This document shows positions 9,428 to 19,017 of a stretch of DNA of 51,529 nt, one piece after another. Within the stretch, counting starts at the first letter, position 1. Each line of letters starts with the position of its first letter. The position numbers were made by a program, and so were the translations under genes. The notes beneath the pieces were generated by a model, which saw nothing but the letters and a program-made list of their open reading frames with translations, had not been told where the DNA came from and made no database searches. The stretch comes from an uncultured Gammaproteobacteria bacterium (GTDB lineage: Bacteria; Patescibacteriota; Patescibacteriia; CAYHVQ01): NCBI GenBank assembly GCA_964360435.1, contig CAYHVQ010000003.1:1-51529 (forward strand), read 5' to 3'.

Positions 9428-10332
9428 TGATTACGATTTTTCCTTCATCGGAGGACCCCGCAACCATTGATTTGAGTATTATTATTGTCAGCTGGAATGT
9501 TCGCGATCTCCTCATGTCTTGCCTTCGATCCGTTGATCGCGAGACTTACGGTATTCGGTACGAGATTTTTGTCGTCGATAACGCATCGGATGATCAATCA
9601 GCGCAGATGGTTCGGCAACAATTTCCCGAGGTGATGTTAATTGCAAATGAGGTAAATCGCGGATTTGCGGCGGCGTGCAATCAAGCACTGCGCCGGGCGC
9701 GCGGTCGAATGATCCTTCTCCTCAATCCCGATACGTTGATTTTTAATCACGCATTAGAGAAGTTGACGCAGTGGATGGATGAGCGTCCAAAGATTGGAAT
9801 TCTTGGTCCGCAAATACTTAACACCGATCTCTCTATTCAACCCTCGACGCGAACATTTCCATCGCTCGGCATTCAAATTCTTGTCATCCTCAAACTGCAT
9901 CGCGCCTTTTCGTTTTTTCCTTCCGTTGCACGATATTTTGGATTGAACCAAGCATTATCGCCGCATCGCGTGGATCAAGTCATGGGCGCGTGTTTTCTTA
10001 TTCGTCGTCAAACTTTTCAATCCATTGGGTACTTCGATGAACGATTTTGGATTTGGTTTGAGGAAGTGGACTATTGCCGCCGGGCGGCGGACGCCGGATG
10101 GGAAACGTGGTATACCCCGATCGCACAAGTCATGCATCAAAAAGGCAGAAGTTTCGAGCAGGTTCGTGCCGTTACCCGCCAGCGTCATTACAACCAGAGC
10201 CTGTTTCGCTATTTTCAGAAGCATCACACCGTTGTTTCGACCACCATCCTATCACTCTTCTTCCCTGTCAGTCTTTTTCTTGCCCTGATCGTACAGACAC
10301 TCCATCTTCGTTTAAGTATTCGCCGATTTTGA
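9427..10332 (+). CDS. GT2 glycosyltransferase (WbbL/rhamnosyltransferase-like)
   Basis: VVDNAS.D, N.GFAAACN, LLNPD and FDERF..WFEEVDYC motifs. Confidence 0.9.
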   Translation: MITIFPSSEDPATIDLSIIIVSWNVRDLLMSCLRSVDRETYGIRYEIFVVDNASDDQSAQMVRQQFPEVMLIANEVNRGFAAACNQALRRARGRMILLLNPDTLIFNHALEKLTQWMDERPKIGILGPQILNTDLSIQPSTRTFPSLGIQILVILKLHRAFSFFPSVARYFGLNQALSPHRVDQVMGACFLIRRQTFQSIGYFDERFWIWFEEVDYCRRAADAGWETWYTPIAQVMHQKGRSFEQVRAVTRQRHYNQSLFRYFQKHHTVVSTTILSLFFPVSLFLALIVQTLHLRLSIRRF

Positions 10333-11930
10333 TGCGTACCCCATCAGATTTTTTTCAGGGATGGTTTTGGCCTGCGACCGCACTCCTTGCAGGGATTGAG
10401 ATTGCGTCTTTTTTGGGCTACCTTCTTCCCGCTTCCGAAGAAATTTATTTTTTGATTATTTTGACGGTCGTTGTTGTTGCAAGCTTTCAGCGGTTTGAAT
10501 GGGGCGTTCTTTTTCTAATGGGGGAATTATTTATTGGGCATTTTGGTCGCCTATTCACGTTGGATATTGGGTCATTTGAACTCACGCTACGTATGGCGAT
10601 CTTTGGCGTCGTCCTTGCGGCATGGGTCATTCAGATTCTCTCCCACGGGACGACCATTCATCGGTCAAGGGTTTTTTCCTGGATCGCGGTGATTTCTGGC
10701 GTGATCGTATGGGGCGTTTTTCGGGGATGGATTTCCGGATACCCGCTCGCGCAGATTTTTGCGGATGTTAATAATTATTTTTACGCCTTTGTCGCGGTTT
10801 TTATCTATGAAGCCGCCCGTTGTGAACATTTTTTTAGACGCTTGTTCCAGATTTTCACTGCCGCGGTGCTTGTTATGGGAACCCAAACCCTTCTTTTACT
10901 CTACCTTTTTACCCACCAGTTTTCTCAATGGAAAGCGCCGCTTTATCATTGGACGCGCCGCTCGGGAACGGGATTTATTTTTGCGCCGGAAGGTTTGGGC
11001 GGATTCCACCGTATTTTTTTTGAAGGACAGATCTATATGCTTGTGGCGTTTTTTCTTTCCGCTGGCGTTTTAATCTTTTGGCCGAACCGCAAAATTGTTT
11101 ATCACTCCATCACGAGGTTATTTTTTTGTCGAGAACCGGATCGAGAAAATGAGGCAATTTTAGACCTTCGCTCATTTCAAAAAATTTGGCTATTGGGATG
11201 GGGGAGTTTGACGGTTATTCTCATTTCCATGTCGCGAAGTTTCTGGCTAGGGGGGCTTTTCGCAACCATCGCGATGTTGATTTTTTTGTTTACTCTACTG
11301 CGCTGGTCAGTGAGTCGCCTAGCGCGGCTGTGCGGAGTTCTTTTTCTTGGAGGGATTGCAAGCCTTCTTGCGATCACACTGATTGTTAAAATTCCTTTTC
11401 CGACGTCGGATATCACGGCCGGCGTCAGCACAGTGGACATTTTTTCCAAGCGTACGCAAAATTTCAAAACAGAAGAAGCCTCGGTTTCCCGGTTCAAACT
11501 TCTCGACCCGCTCATCGCCCGTATTCGTGAACACCCCGTCTTGGGATCCGGATTTGGAACGCCAGTGACGTATGCAACGCGGGATGCGCGTGCGCTGGCG
11601 AATAACCCCGATGGAAACTATACAACAACCACTTTTGAATGGGGTTATCTTGATACGATGACAGAGGTCGGTGTGGTAGGATTATCCATCTTTCTTCTAT
11701 TTTATGCCTGGATCGCGCGTTGTGCGTGGCGCATTTTCCGGTCGCAATCTGTTTCCCCGATGGATCGCGCGCTGGCGGCTGGAGGGGCGCTTGCCTTGCT
11801 TGCGGTGATGGCAACGAACGTCACAACCCCGTATCTCAATCATCCGCTGGGATGGGGGATTGTGGTATGGCTAATGGTTTATTTCAATCACAACCTTTCG
11901 ATCTCTTACGATCAATCTCATGCATCCTAA
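10332..11930 (+). CDS. O-antigen ligase/Wzy_C-like polytopic membrane protein
   Basis: About 12 TM segments; SMSRSFWLG and S..SR....HPVLGSGFG motifs; ATG 10332 overlaps the upstream TGA. Confidence 0.8.
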   Translation: MRTPSDFFQGWFWPATALLAGIEIASFLGYLLPASEEIYFLIILTVVVVASFQRFEWGVLFLMGELFIGHFGRLFTLDIGSFELTLRMAIFGVVLAAWVIQILSHGTTIHRSRVFSWIAVISGVIVWGVFRGWISGYPLAQIFADVNNYFYAFVAVFIYEAARCEHFFRRLFQIFTAAVLVMGTQTLLLLYLFTHQFSQWKAPLYHWTRRSGTGFIFAPEGLGGFHRIFFEGQIYMLVAFFLSAGVLIFWPNRKIVYHSITRLFFCREPDRENEAILDLRSFQKIWLLGWGSLTVILISMSRSFWLGGLFATIAMLIFLFTLLRWSVSRLARLCGVLFLGGIASLLAITLIVKIPFPTSDITAGVSTVDIFSKRTQNFKTEEASVSRFKLLDPLIARIREHPVLGSGFGTPVTYATRDARALANNPDGNYTTTTFEWGYLDTMTEVGVVGLSIFLLFYAWIARCAWRIFRSQSVSPMDRALAAGGALALLAVMATNVTTPYLNHPLGWGIVVWLMVYFNHNLSISYDQSHAS

Positions 11931-12747
11931 ACTTTCCATTATCATCCTAAACTACAAGACGCGAGGGCTGCTCAAACAATGCCTGCGTGGGTTGCAGTTC
12001 CTCTCCTTTCCTTTCTCAATGGAAATCATTGTCGTGGATAATTACTCCAATGACGGAAGCGTTGAGATGGTTCGAACCGAATTTCCACAGGTTCGTCTTG
12101 TTGCCTCGTCCCGCAATGGCGGTTTTTCGTACGGGATGAATTTAGGAATCCGAGAAGCGCGCGGCGCCCACCTTCTCCTTTTGAATACCGACATTATTCT
12201 TTTAGACGAGGCGATCACTCGAATGGTCGTTTTTATGGAAACTCACGCGGATGTAGGATTGTCCGCGCCTCGGCTTATTAATCCCGATGGAAGCGTTCAA
12301 TATTCCTGCATGGAATTTCCTGCATGGTATATTCCGTTCCTTCGGAGGACTTTCTTGGGTAAACTTCCATTTGCGAAACGCGCGTTGGAGAAATATCTTT
12401 TGCTGGAGATGGATCATGAAAAAAATCAGGAGGTGGATTGGGTATTAGGCGCCGCGATGATGCTGTCACGATCCACGTTGAATCGTGTGGGTCTCCTGGA
12501 CGAACGCTTCTTTCTCTATTTTGAAGACACGGATTTTTGTTGGCGCATTTGGGAGGCGGGGTATCGGGTGGTGTATCTTGCGGATGCAGAGATGGTTCAT
12601 TATCATAAGAGGGAATCCGCAACGAGTCCGGGGCTGCAGGGCGCATTTCTTAACTACATCACGCGGATTCACATTCGGAGTTTTTTGAAATATCTGCGGA
12701 AGCATCGGGGAGAGACCCGACCGCATCATAGGGCAAGACCGCAATGA
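11920..12747 (+). CDS. GT2 glycosyltransferase
   Basis: VVDNYS.DGS, LLNTD, DWVLGA and LDERFFLYFEDTDFC motifs. Confidence 0.9.
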   Translation: MHPKLSIIILNYKTRGLLKQCLRGLQFLSFPFSMEIIVVDNYSNDGSVEMVRTEFPQVRLVASSRNGGFSYGMNLGIREARGAHLLLLNTDIILLDEAITRMVVFMETHADVGLSAPRLINPDGSVQYSCMEFPAWYIPFLRRTFLGKLPFAKRALEKYLLLEMDHEKNQEVDWVLGAAMMLSRSTLNRVGLLDERFFLYFEDTDFCWRIWEAGYRVVYLADAEMVHYHKRESATSPGLQGAFLNYITRIHIRSFLKYLRKHRGETRPHHRARPQ

Positions 12748-14648
12748 AACGGCACCGTCCACAATTAAGAACCCTTCTCCAGATTATCGGAATTATTGCC
12801 GCCGTGTTGAGTGTGATCGCGGGAGTGGTTGCATGGAATTATCGTGATATTCGAGCGGTCGTTGACTCTTCCTTAAAAGCGCGTGAGGCGTTACTCCTGG
12901 TTCAGGAGGATGTTTCGGAGATGCGTTTGCGGGATGCAAAAACGGATATAGTGACGGCGCAAGCCGCGCTTAGTCGCGCGCTGATGGCAAATGAGCGCAT
13001 CCAAGAGCTGCGCTGGATTCCATTTGCCGCTCGTCAGCTCGCCGGTGTTCGCACGCTCCTTGTGGCAACCGATGAGGCGGCAGATGCGGTGGAACGGGTC
13101 ATCGATCTTGGCGCGGATCTGGAGGAAATTGCCGGAACATCCGCATTCGCTGTATTTTCTGACTTAACAGCGGATCAAAAACATTTGGCGTTGAAGCGAA
13201 TTAATGAATCGGTGCCGGATCTTTCTGCGGCCAAGGCGCAGGTGGGTCTTGCGATGCAAACCCTGGCGCAGCTTCCGCGGTTCGGCCTCCTTCCTCAATT
13301 TAAACTTGCAACGATTCCCCTAAAAGAGCAGCTACCGAAGATTTCTAGCGCGATCGAGGAGGTGATTCCTTACGCGAAAGCGTTGCCTGCGATCCTTGGC
13401 TATCCAACAGAGCACCAGATGTTGCTTCTCCTTCAAAATAACACAGAGCTTCGTCCAACAGGGGGTTTTATCGGAACATACGGAGTGGTCGTTGTGAAAG
13501 ATGCAGCTCTTCAAAGCATGAAAACGGAGAACGTCTACGAACTGGATCGGAGGTCTGATCCAAAAGATCGCCCAGCCTCTCCCACTCCGCTTGCAACGTA
13601 CCTCAATCCTCGTTGGTTTTTTCGCGACGCAAATTGGGATCCGGATTTTCCAAGCTCCGCAGAGACCCTTCTCCAGTTTTATCGAGAAGAGGGCGGCGTC
13701 GGTGATTTTCAGAGCGTTGTCGCCATCACGCCGCAGGTAATCGTTTCGCTTTTGGAGCTGGTGGGGGACGTCACCGTTGACGGGGTAATGTTCACATCGG
13801 ACAATGTTGTTGGCACGCTAGAATATGAAGTCGAGCGGGGATATGCAAAAGACGGTATTGCGGACATTGATCGCAAGGACATTGTTGGAAAGTTGGCAGG
13901 GGTTCTTGTCGAGAGGATTTTTCATTTGCCCAAAGAACGTATGCCAATCCTCAGCAAAATTTTTAATGAAAATATTCAGCAGAAACACCTTTTGATCTAT
14001 TTTGAAGATCCTGAATTGCAAAAATGGGCTCGCGGGGAAGGTTGGGCAGGGGAGGTGAAGCCGACGGCGGCAGACGCTTTGATGGTTGTTGATGCCAATA
14101 TGGCGAGCTTAAAAACTGATGCTGTGATGGAGCGATTTGTGGACTATCACGTAAATCTTGGAGAGACATCAACGGCGGAGTTGAACATTCGTTATAAAAA
14201 TAACGGCGAATTCCGCTGGGATCAAACGCGCTATCGAACGTATACGAGGGTCTATGTTCCAAAAGGAAGTCAGCTTCTGACTTCGAGCGGCGCGATGACG
14301 AATGATCGTATTAAGCGCGGTCAGCCGACGGATGCGACAGTCACCGAGGAACAGAGCCGAACGGTTTTTAACGCATTCATTTCCATCGAGCCGGGCGAGG
14401 AAGGAGTGCTGAAGTTTCAATATACGCTACCGACAACAATAGCAGACCGATGGAGAAACGGAGCGTATGATCTCCTCGTCCAAAAGCAATCAGGGACACT
14501 CGGCCAGCCCTTGACGGTTCGGGTAAAATCTGATAAGAAAATTACTGAAGCAACGCCAGCGGATTCGATAAAAATTTACGACAATGAGCAGGGGCTTCTT
14601 TTTGAAAGCGACCTTCGTGTGGATCGCTCGTTGCATTTATTGTTTTAG
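12744..14648 (+). CDS. DUF4012 domain membrane-anchored protein
   Basis: N-terminal TM and long helical stalk; QNNTELRPTGGFIG and RDANWDPDFP motifs; C-terminal VQKQSG beta domain. Confidence 0.85.
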   Translation: MKRHRPQLRTLLQIIGIIAAVLSVIAGVVAWNYRDIRAVVDSSLKAREALLLVQEDVSEMRLRDAKTDIVTAQAALSRALMANERIQELRWIPFAARQLAGVRTLLVATDEAADAVERVIDLGADLEEIAGTSAFAVFSDLTADQKHLALKRINESVPDLSAAKAQVGLAMQTLAQLPRFGLLPQFKLATIPLKEQLPKISSAIEEVIPYAKALPAILGYPTEHQMLLLLQNNTELRPTGGFIGTYGVVVVKDAALQSMKTENVYELDRRSDPKDRPASPTPLATYLNPRWFFRDANWDPDFPSSAETLLQFYREEGGVGDFQSVVAITPQVIVSLLELVGDVTVDGVMFTSDNVVGTLEYEVERGYAKDGIADIDRKDIVGKLAGVLVERIFHLPKERMPILSKIFNENIQQKHLLIYFEDPELQKWARGEGWAGEVKPTAADALMVVDANMASLKTDAVMERFVDYHVNLGETSTAELNIRYKNNGEFRWDQTRYRTYTRVYVPKGSQLLTSSGAMTNDRIKRGQPTDATVTEEQSRTVFNAFISIEPGEEGVLKFQYTLPTTIADRWRNGAYDLLVQKQSGTLGQPLTVRVKSDKKITEATPADSIKIYDNEQGLLFESDLRVDRSLHLLF

Positions 14649-14662
14649 CGCACCACGGATCT

Positions 14663-15676
14663 ATGCCGATGTTTATCAAAAAAATTGGGATTGACTTGGG
14701 AACGGCCAATACGCTTGTCCATGTGCCCAAGCGGGGGATTGTCATTAACGAACCTTCTGTTGTTGCGATTTCCGTCATTGATCGGCGGGTTTTAGCCGTG
14801 GGGAATGAGGCAAAGGAAATGCTGGGGAGAACACCAGATACGATCATCGCCTCGCGTCCGTTGAAAGATGGCGTGATCGCGGATTATCGAACAACCGAGA
14901 GTATGTTGCGATATTTTATCAATAAAGCGCTCGGCGGGATCCGCTTATTCCGACCAGAGGTGATGATTGCCGTTCCTGCAGGCATCACGTCTACGGAACG
15001 TCGTGCGGTCATTGACGCCGCCCTGCAGGCGGGGGTAAAAGCTGCTTATATTATTAAAGAGCCCATCGCAGCCGCTATTGGGGCAAATATTCCCATCGGA
15101 TCCGCTTCTGGCCATATGATTGTGGACATTGGCGGAGGGACATCGGAGATCGCAGTGATTTCTTTAGGCGGCATTGTCGCAAACACGTCCGTTCGCATTG
15201 GCGGAAATAAATTTGATGGAGCCATAATGGAATTTGTTCGGAAGAAATATGGCCTTGCGATCGGAGAGCGCACTTCTGAAGAACTAAAAATCAAAATCGG
15301 TTCCGCGCTTCCAATGAAGGAGAAGCGCACGATGGATATTCGAGGACGGGATGTTGTGACGGGCCTCCCTCGAACTGTGACCGTGACCAGCGACGATGTG
15401 ACGGAAGCGATTCAAGACGAGCTTCGAGGAATTATTCAGGCGGTAAAAGCAGTCTTGCAGGATACTCCACCGGAGCTCGCGGCAGACGTGATTGATAAAG
15501 GGATGGTGATCAGTGGAGGAGGTGGCCTGCTTCGGAATCTAGACAAGCTTCTCACTCGCGCCGTGGACGTTCCAACCTATGTCGCGGAAGATCCCTTGCT
15601 CTGTGTGGCAAAAGGGACAGGTGTTGCGCTAGACAACCTCGAGTCCTATAAACGAAGCATTTTAGCAACAAAATGA
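14663..15676 (+). CDS. mreB: MreB-family actin homologue (orphan copy)
   Basis: IGIDLGTAN, EPSVVA, RPLKDGVI, DIGGGT and GGGGLL motifs; start may be 14669. Confidence 0.93.
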   Translation: MPMFIKKIGIDLGTANTLVHVPKRGIVINEPSVVAISVIDRRVLAVGNEAKEMLGRTPDTIIASRPLKDGVIADYRTTESMLRYFINKALGGIRLFRPEVMIAVPAGITSTERRAVIDAALQAGVKAAYIIKEPIAAAIGANIPIGSASGHMIVDIGGGTSEIAVISLGGIVANTSVRIGGNKFDGAIMEFVRKKYGLAIGERTSEELKIKIGSALPMKEKRTMDIRGRDVVTGLPRTVTVTSDDVTEAIQDELRGIIQAVKAVLQDTPPELAADVIDKGMVISGGGGLLRNLDKLLTRAVDVPTYVAEDPLLCVAKGTGVALDNLESYKRSILATK

Positions 15677-16878
15677 TCATTGGGATTGATGCTTCTCGTG
15701 CCAATGAGCTGAAGAAAACCGGCACGGAATGGTATTCTTATCACTTAATACAGGAGTTCAAGAAAATTGCAGATCCTCGGGATCACTTTATTTTGTACTC
15801 GAAGGAGGCGCTTCGTGATGGGCTGGAAGATTTGCCAAAAAATTTTGAGAGTAAGGTGTTGCGCTGGTCGCCAAAATTGCTTTGGACGCTGGTTCGCTTT
15901 TCCATTGAAATGCTCCTCCATCCTCCGGATGTGTTTTTCGTTCCTGCGCATAATCTTCCCATCATTCATCCAAAAAACACCATTGCAACCCTTCATGACA
16001 TTGGCTTTGAGCGGTTTAAGGAATTGTACTCTACGGATCCCATTGGCTACCGGGCGCGATGGACAAAAAAGCTTCTTCGAGGAGCGGTTCGTCTTCTGAC
16101 ATTCGGGCGTTATGGAAACAATGAGCTGGATTATCAGTCTTGGTCCGCGCGTTTTATGCTCCGCCGCGCAAAAAAAATTATCACCATTTCGGAATTTACA
16201 AAACGAGAAATCCTAGACGTCTTTCATACCAGTCCGAGTCAGATTAAAGTAATTCCGAATGGCTATGATCACACCCGTTACCACGAAAACCTCAATTCGC
16301 AAAAGACGAGAGAAGTTCTTGATCGCTATCACATTCCTCAGCCCTATTTATTTTACATTGGCAGACTGGAGCGAAAAAAAAATATCGCGGGTCTGATAGA
16401 TGCATTCGCGTTATTCAAAAGACATTCCCAGCTTCCGCATAAACTTGTTTTGTTAGGTTTTCAGGGATACGGCTTCAGCGAAATTCAGGAAAAGATTCAT
16501 CGGCAGAATTTAGAGAGTGAGGTATTCATGCCTGGGTATATTCCTGAAGAAGATATCCCGATGCTGTACCGCGGATCTGACCTTTTTGTTTTTCCAAGTT
16601 TTTATGAGGGCTTTGGAATCCCATTGCTTCAGGCAATGGCATGCGGCGTTCCAATTCTCGCTGCGAGAGCTGGCGCAATCCCAGAAGTCGTGAGAAATGC
16701 CGCAATCCTTGTTGAGCCGTCGGATATAGGAATGATGGCTGAAGAAATGGAGCGGGTATTAAAAGACCCGGCGCTTCGAATGCGGTTGAGAGGTATGGGG
16801 CTTGAGCGAGTTCATGCCTTTTCTTGGCAATTAACAGCCCGGCAAACGCTCGATTTTATTCGCTCCGTTTTTGCTTGA
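15673..16878 (+). CDS. GT4 glycosyltransferase (mannosyltransferase-like)
   Basis: IGIDASR, TLHD, GRLERKKN and FPSFYEGFGIPLLQAMACG motifs. Confidence 0.9.
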   Translation: MIIGIDASRANELKKTGTEWYSYHLIQEFKKIADPRDHFILYSKEALRDGLEDLPKNFESKVLRWSPKLLWTLVRFSIEMLLHPPDVFFVPAHNLPIIHPKNTIATLHDIGFERFKELYSTDPIGYRARWTKKLLRGAVRLLTFGRYGNNELDYQSWSARFMLRRAKKIITISEFTKREILDVFHTSPSQIKVIPNGYDHTRYHENLNSQKTREVLDRYHIPQPYLFYIGRLERKKNIAGLIDAFALFKRHSQLPHKLVLLGFQGYGFSEIQEKIHRQNLESEVFMPGYIPEEDIPMLYRGSDLFVFPSFYEGFGIPLLQAMACGVPILAARAGAIPEVVRNAAILVEPSDIGMMAEEMERVLKDPALRMRLRGMGLERVHAFSWQLTARQTLDFIRSVFA

Positions 16879-16903
16879 CGTTTCTTGATAAAAATGGTAA
16901 AGT
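16875..16903 (+). promoter_or_regulatory. Putative sigma70 promoter of holB (leaderless geometry)
   Basis: TTGACG-17 nt-TAAAGT with extended TGG; 6 nt from the -10 box to ATG 16910. Confidence 0.65.
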
Positions 16904-16909
16904 TTTGAT

Positions 16910-17896
16910 ATGTCAGAGCGACAGATTTTTGGCCACGAGCGACAGCAAAGAATGCTTAAGCGACTTGAGGGTCATCCGGAGCAAACGATGCATGCTTGGC
17001 GTTTTGAGGGTTCCGAGCATCTTGGAAAATACACCATTGCAAAGTCGTGGAGTCATCAGTTACTCTGTCTGAAATTGCAGTCTGGAGGGTGCGGATTCTG
17101 TGTTTCCTGTCGAGCATTTCAAAATGAGCGACATCCAGATTTAATGGAACTTACTCCTCCCGATCAGCGTCAGGGCTATACGGTGGAAAATATTCGGAAG
17201 TTGCGATCGTGGATCAGTCATTCGCCATTTTCTGGAACTCGAAAAATGATCCTTGTGGATGAGGCGGAGCGCATGACCCTTGGAGCGGCAAATGCGATGC
17301 TCAAGTTTCTCGAAGAACCCGCGCCCCATTCACTCGTGGTTTTAGTCAGCCACGATGGAGGGCGACTCCTAGGAACGATTCGATCTCGATGTTCGTTATT
17401 GAGATTTTCCCCTTTGCCACAGGAGCAGATACGAGCATTTGTACAGCAGGGGCTGTTGAAGATCTCGGATGCTCGGATGATCCCCGCGTGCCGTGGTCGG
17501 ATGGGGTTGCTCAATCGCTGGCTGGATCAACCAAACGAATGGGACCGGCATCTTACGCGTCTGGGCATTTTGTCCGAATGGACGTCTCTTCCGCTCCATC
17601 TTCGGCTACGGCAGTGCGATGAAATCATCAGTAAGTCGCCATCATTTCTTGATCAGCAAAATATCGCAAAGCAATGGATTGAGGATGTGATGACGCTTAT
17701 CCGTGATCGGCTTCTGCTGAAGGGAAAATCTATATTTTCTGTTTATCCACATTTTGCCGCTTCAGCGCCGAACTCGTTATCGGCGTCCGGCGAACAGCGG
17801 ATTCTGCAGTCTGGATTCCGCTCCTTGCGACTCCTCGATCAGAATACGCAACCGAAAATGGTACTGGAGACTTTTGCGCTTCAATTCAACAATTAA
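16910..17896 (+). CDS. holB: DNA polymerase III subunit delta'
   Basis: Degenerate Walker A, CGFCVSC zinc site, HPD, AANAMLKFLEEP and TIRSRC motifs. Confidence 0.88.
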   Translation: MSERQIFGHERQQRMLKRLEGHPEQTMHAWRFEGSEHLGKYTIAKSWSHQLLCLKLQSGGCGFCVSCRAFQNERHPDLMELTPPDQRQGYTVENIRKLRSWISHSPFSGTRKMILVDEAERMTLGAANAMLKFLEEPAPHSLVVLVSHDGGRLLGTIRSRCSLLRFSPLPQEQIRAFVQQGLLKISDARMIPACRGRMGLLNRWLDQPNEWDRHLTRLGILSEWTSLPLHLRLRQCDEIISKSPSFLDQQNIAKQWIEDVMTLIRDRLLLKGKSIFSVYPHFAASAPNSLSASGEQRILQSGFRSLRLLDQNTQPKMVLETFALQFNN

Positions 17897-17905
17897 ACCC
17901 ATCCT

Positions 17906-18949
17906 ATGCGCCATCGTTATTTCCTTTTTTTTCTACTTGGTGCTTTGTTTTTTTTGGGCGCCGGGTGTGAAGCAACGAAAACTCTTCCTCCGGGAGGGAT
18001 CTGGATGAGTGAAGATGGCGGAGAAATGTGGACGCAGAGGATTTTTGTTGACGAGGTTGGTAAAAAGGTTCGCACCATTGGGGATTTAAGTATTTTGACC
18101 ATGGAAATTGATCCGCAGAATCCGGAGACGTTTTATCTTGGAACGAATGCGGGCGTTTTTCGCTCGGACAATCGCGGAATACAGTGGACGCAGACAGGGC
18201 TAAAATCCGGCTTTGTTGCGAATCTTACCCTTGATCCACAGTCGAGGGGGGTTCTTTATGCAACTGCCGAGTCAAAAATTTACAAAACGGGCAACAGTGG
18301 AGAAACATGGGAAGTGATTTATATTGATCCGCAGGGGCAAATTGTGCGGGACATCGAAGTGGATCGTCAAAATCCGCAAAAAATAACAGCCATTAACAAA
18401 GGAGGTGTTGTGCTCCAGAGTCTGGATGCCGGAACAAACTGGAACATTGTGGAGGAATTTAAGACGGAGTTGATCCAGCTTGTAGTTCATCCGGATCTCC
18501 CCGCAACACTGTTTGCTATTGCTCGTGGACGCGGATTTCGCGTTTCCCGAGACGGCGGCCAGGCGTGGCAGGAGGTTCTGGAGCTAAGCTCGGAGGTTAA
18601 ACACAGTGGAGACATTCGAAGTTTTGTCGTTGATCCCAATAATCCAGCAGTGCTGTATGCGGGGACGACACAGGGATTATTCCGCAGTGAAGACGGAGGA
18701 CAAACCTGGAAATTTCTTGACACGCTCGTTCCAAGGGGGACAAAACCCATTGAGCATTTTGTCGTGAACAGTGAGAACGCGCAAATTCTCTACTTCGAAG
18801 TTGACAACGTCGTTCATAAATCTACTGATCGCGGTGTCACATGGAAGACTATTGAAACGTATCAGCGGCTTCGGCCGATCCAATGGATACAGATTCATCC
18901 GCTGGATAGTAACGAAGTTTATACCGGAACCATTATTCCAAGTAAATGA
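17906..18949 (+). CDS. BNR/Asp-box beta-propeller lipoprotein (YCF48/VPS10-like)
   Basis: Signal peptide with LGAGC lipobox; seven SxDxGxxW-type Asp-boxes. Confidence 0.8.
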   Translation: MRHRYFLFFLLGALFFLGAGCEATKTLPPGGIWMSEDGGEMWTQRIFVDEVGKKVRTIGDLSILTMEIDPQNPETFYLGTNAGVFRSDNRGIQWTQTGLKSGFVANLTLDPQSRGVLYATAESKIYKTGNSGETWEVIYIDPQGQIVRDIEVDRQNPQKITAINKGGVVLQSLDAGTNWNIVEEFKTELIQLVVHPDLPATLFAIARGRGFRVSRDGGQAWQEVLELSSEVKHSGDIRSFVVDPNNPAVLYAGTTQGLFRSEDGGQTWKFLDTLVPRGTKPIEHFVVNSENAQILYFEVDNVVHKSTDRGVTWKTIETYQRLRPIQWIQIHPLDSNEVYTGTIIPSK

Positions 18950-18955
18950 ACCTGA

Positions 18956-19017
18956 CCCTGTGCGCAAAGCACGGGGCATCTGGGCGGGTTCGACCCGCAG
19001 TGTCGGCTCTGCCGACG
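18956..19017. other. Intergenic triple-hairpin element
   Basis: CCCTGTGC-gcaaa-GCACGGGG, GCGGGT-tcg-ACCCGC and TGTCGGC-tct-GCCGACG in tandem. Confidence 0.6.

Noticed and set aside
10074-10331. N-terminal extension of the ligase-like ORF
   Set aside because: Lies inside the GT2 gene; ATG 10332 is coupled to the upstream stop
18984-18998. GGGTTCGACCC as a possible tRNA T-arm
   Set aside because: Loop too short, and no acceptor stem, D-arm or CCA; not a tRNA
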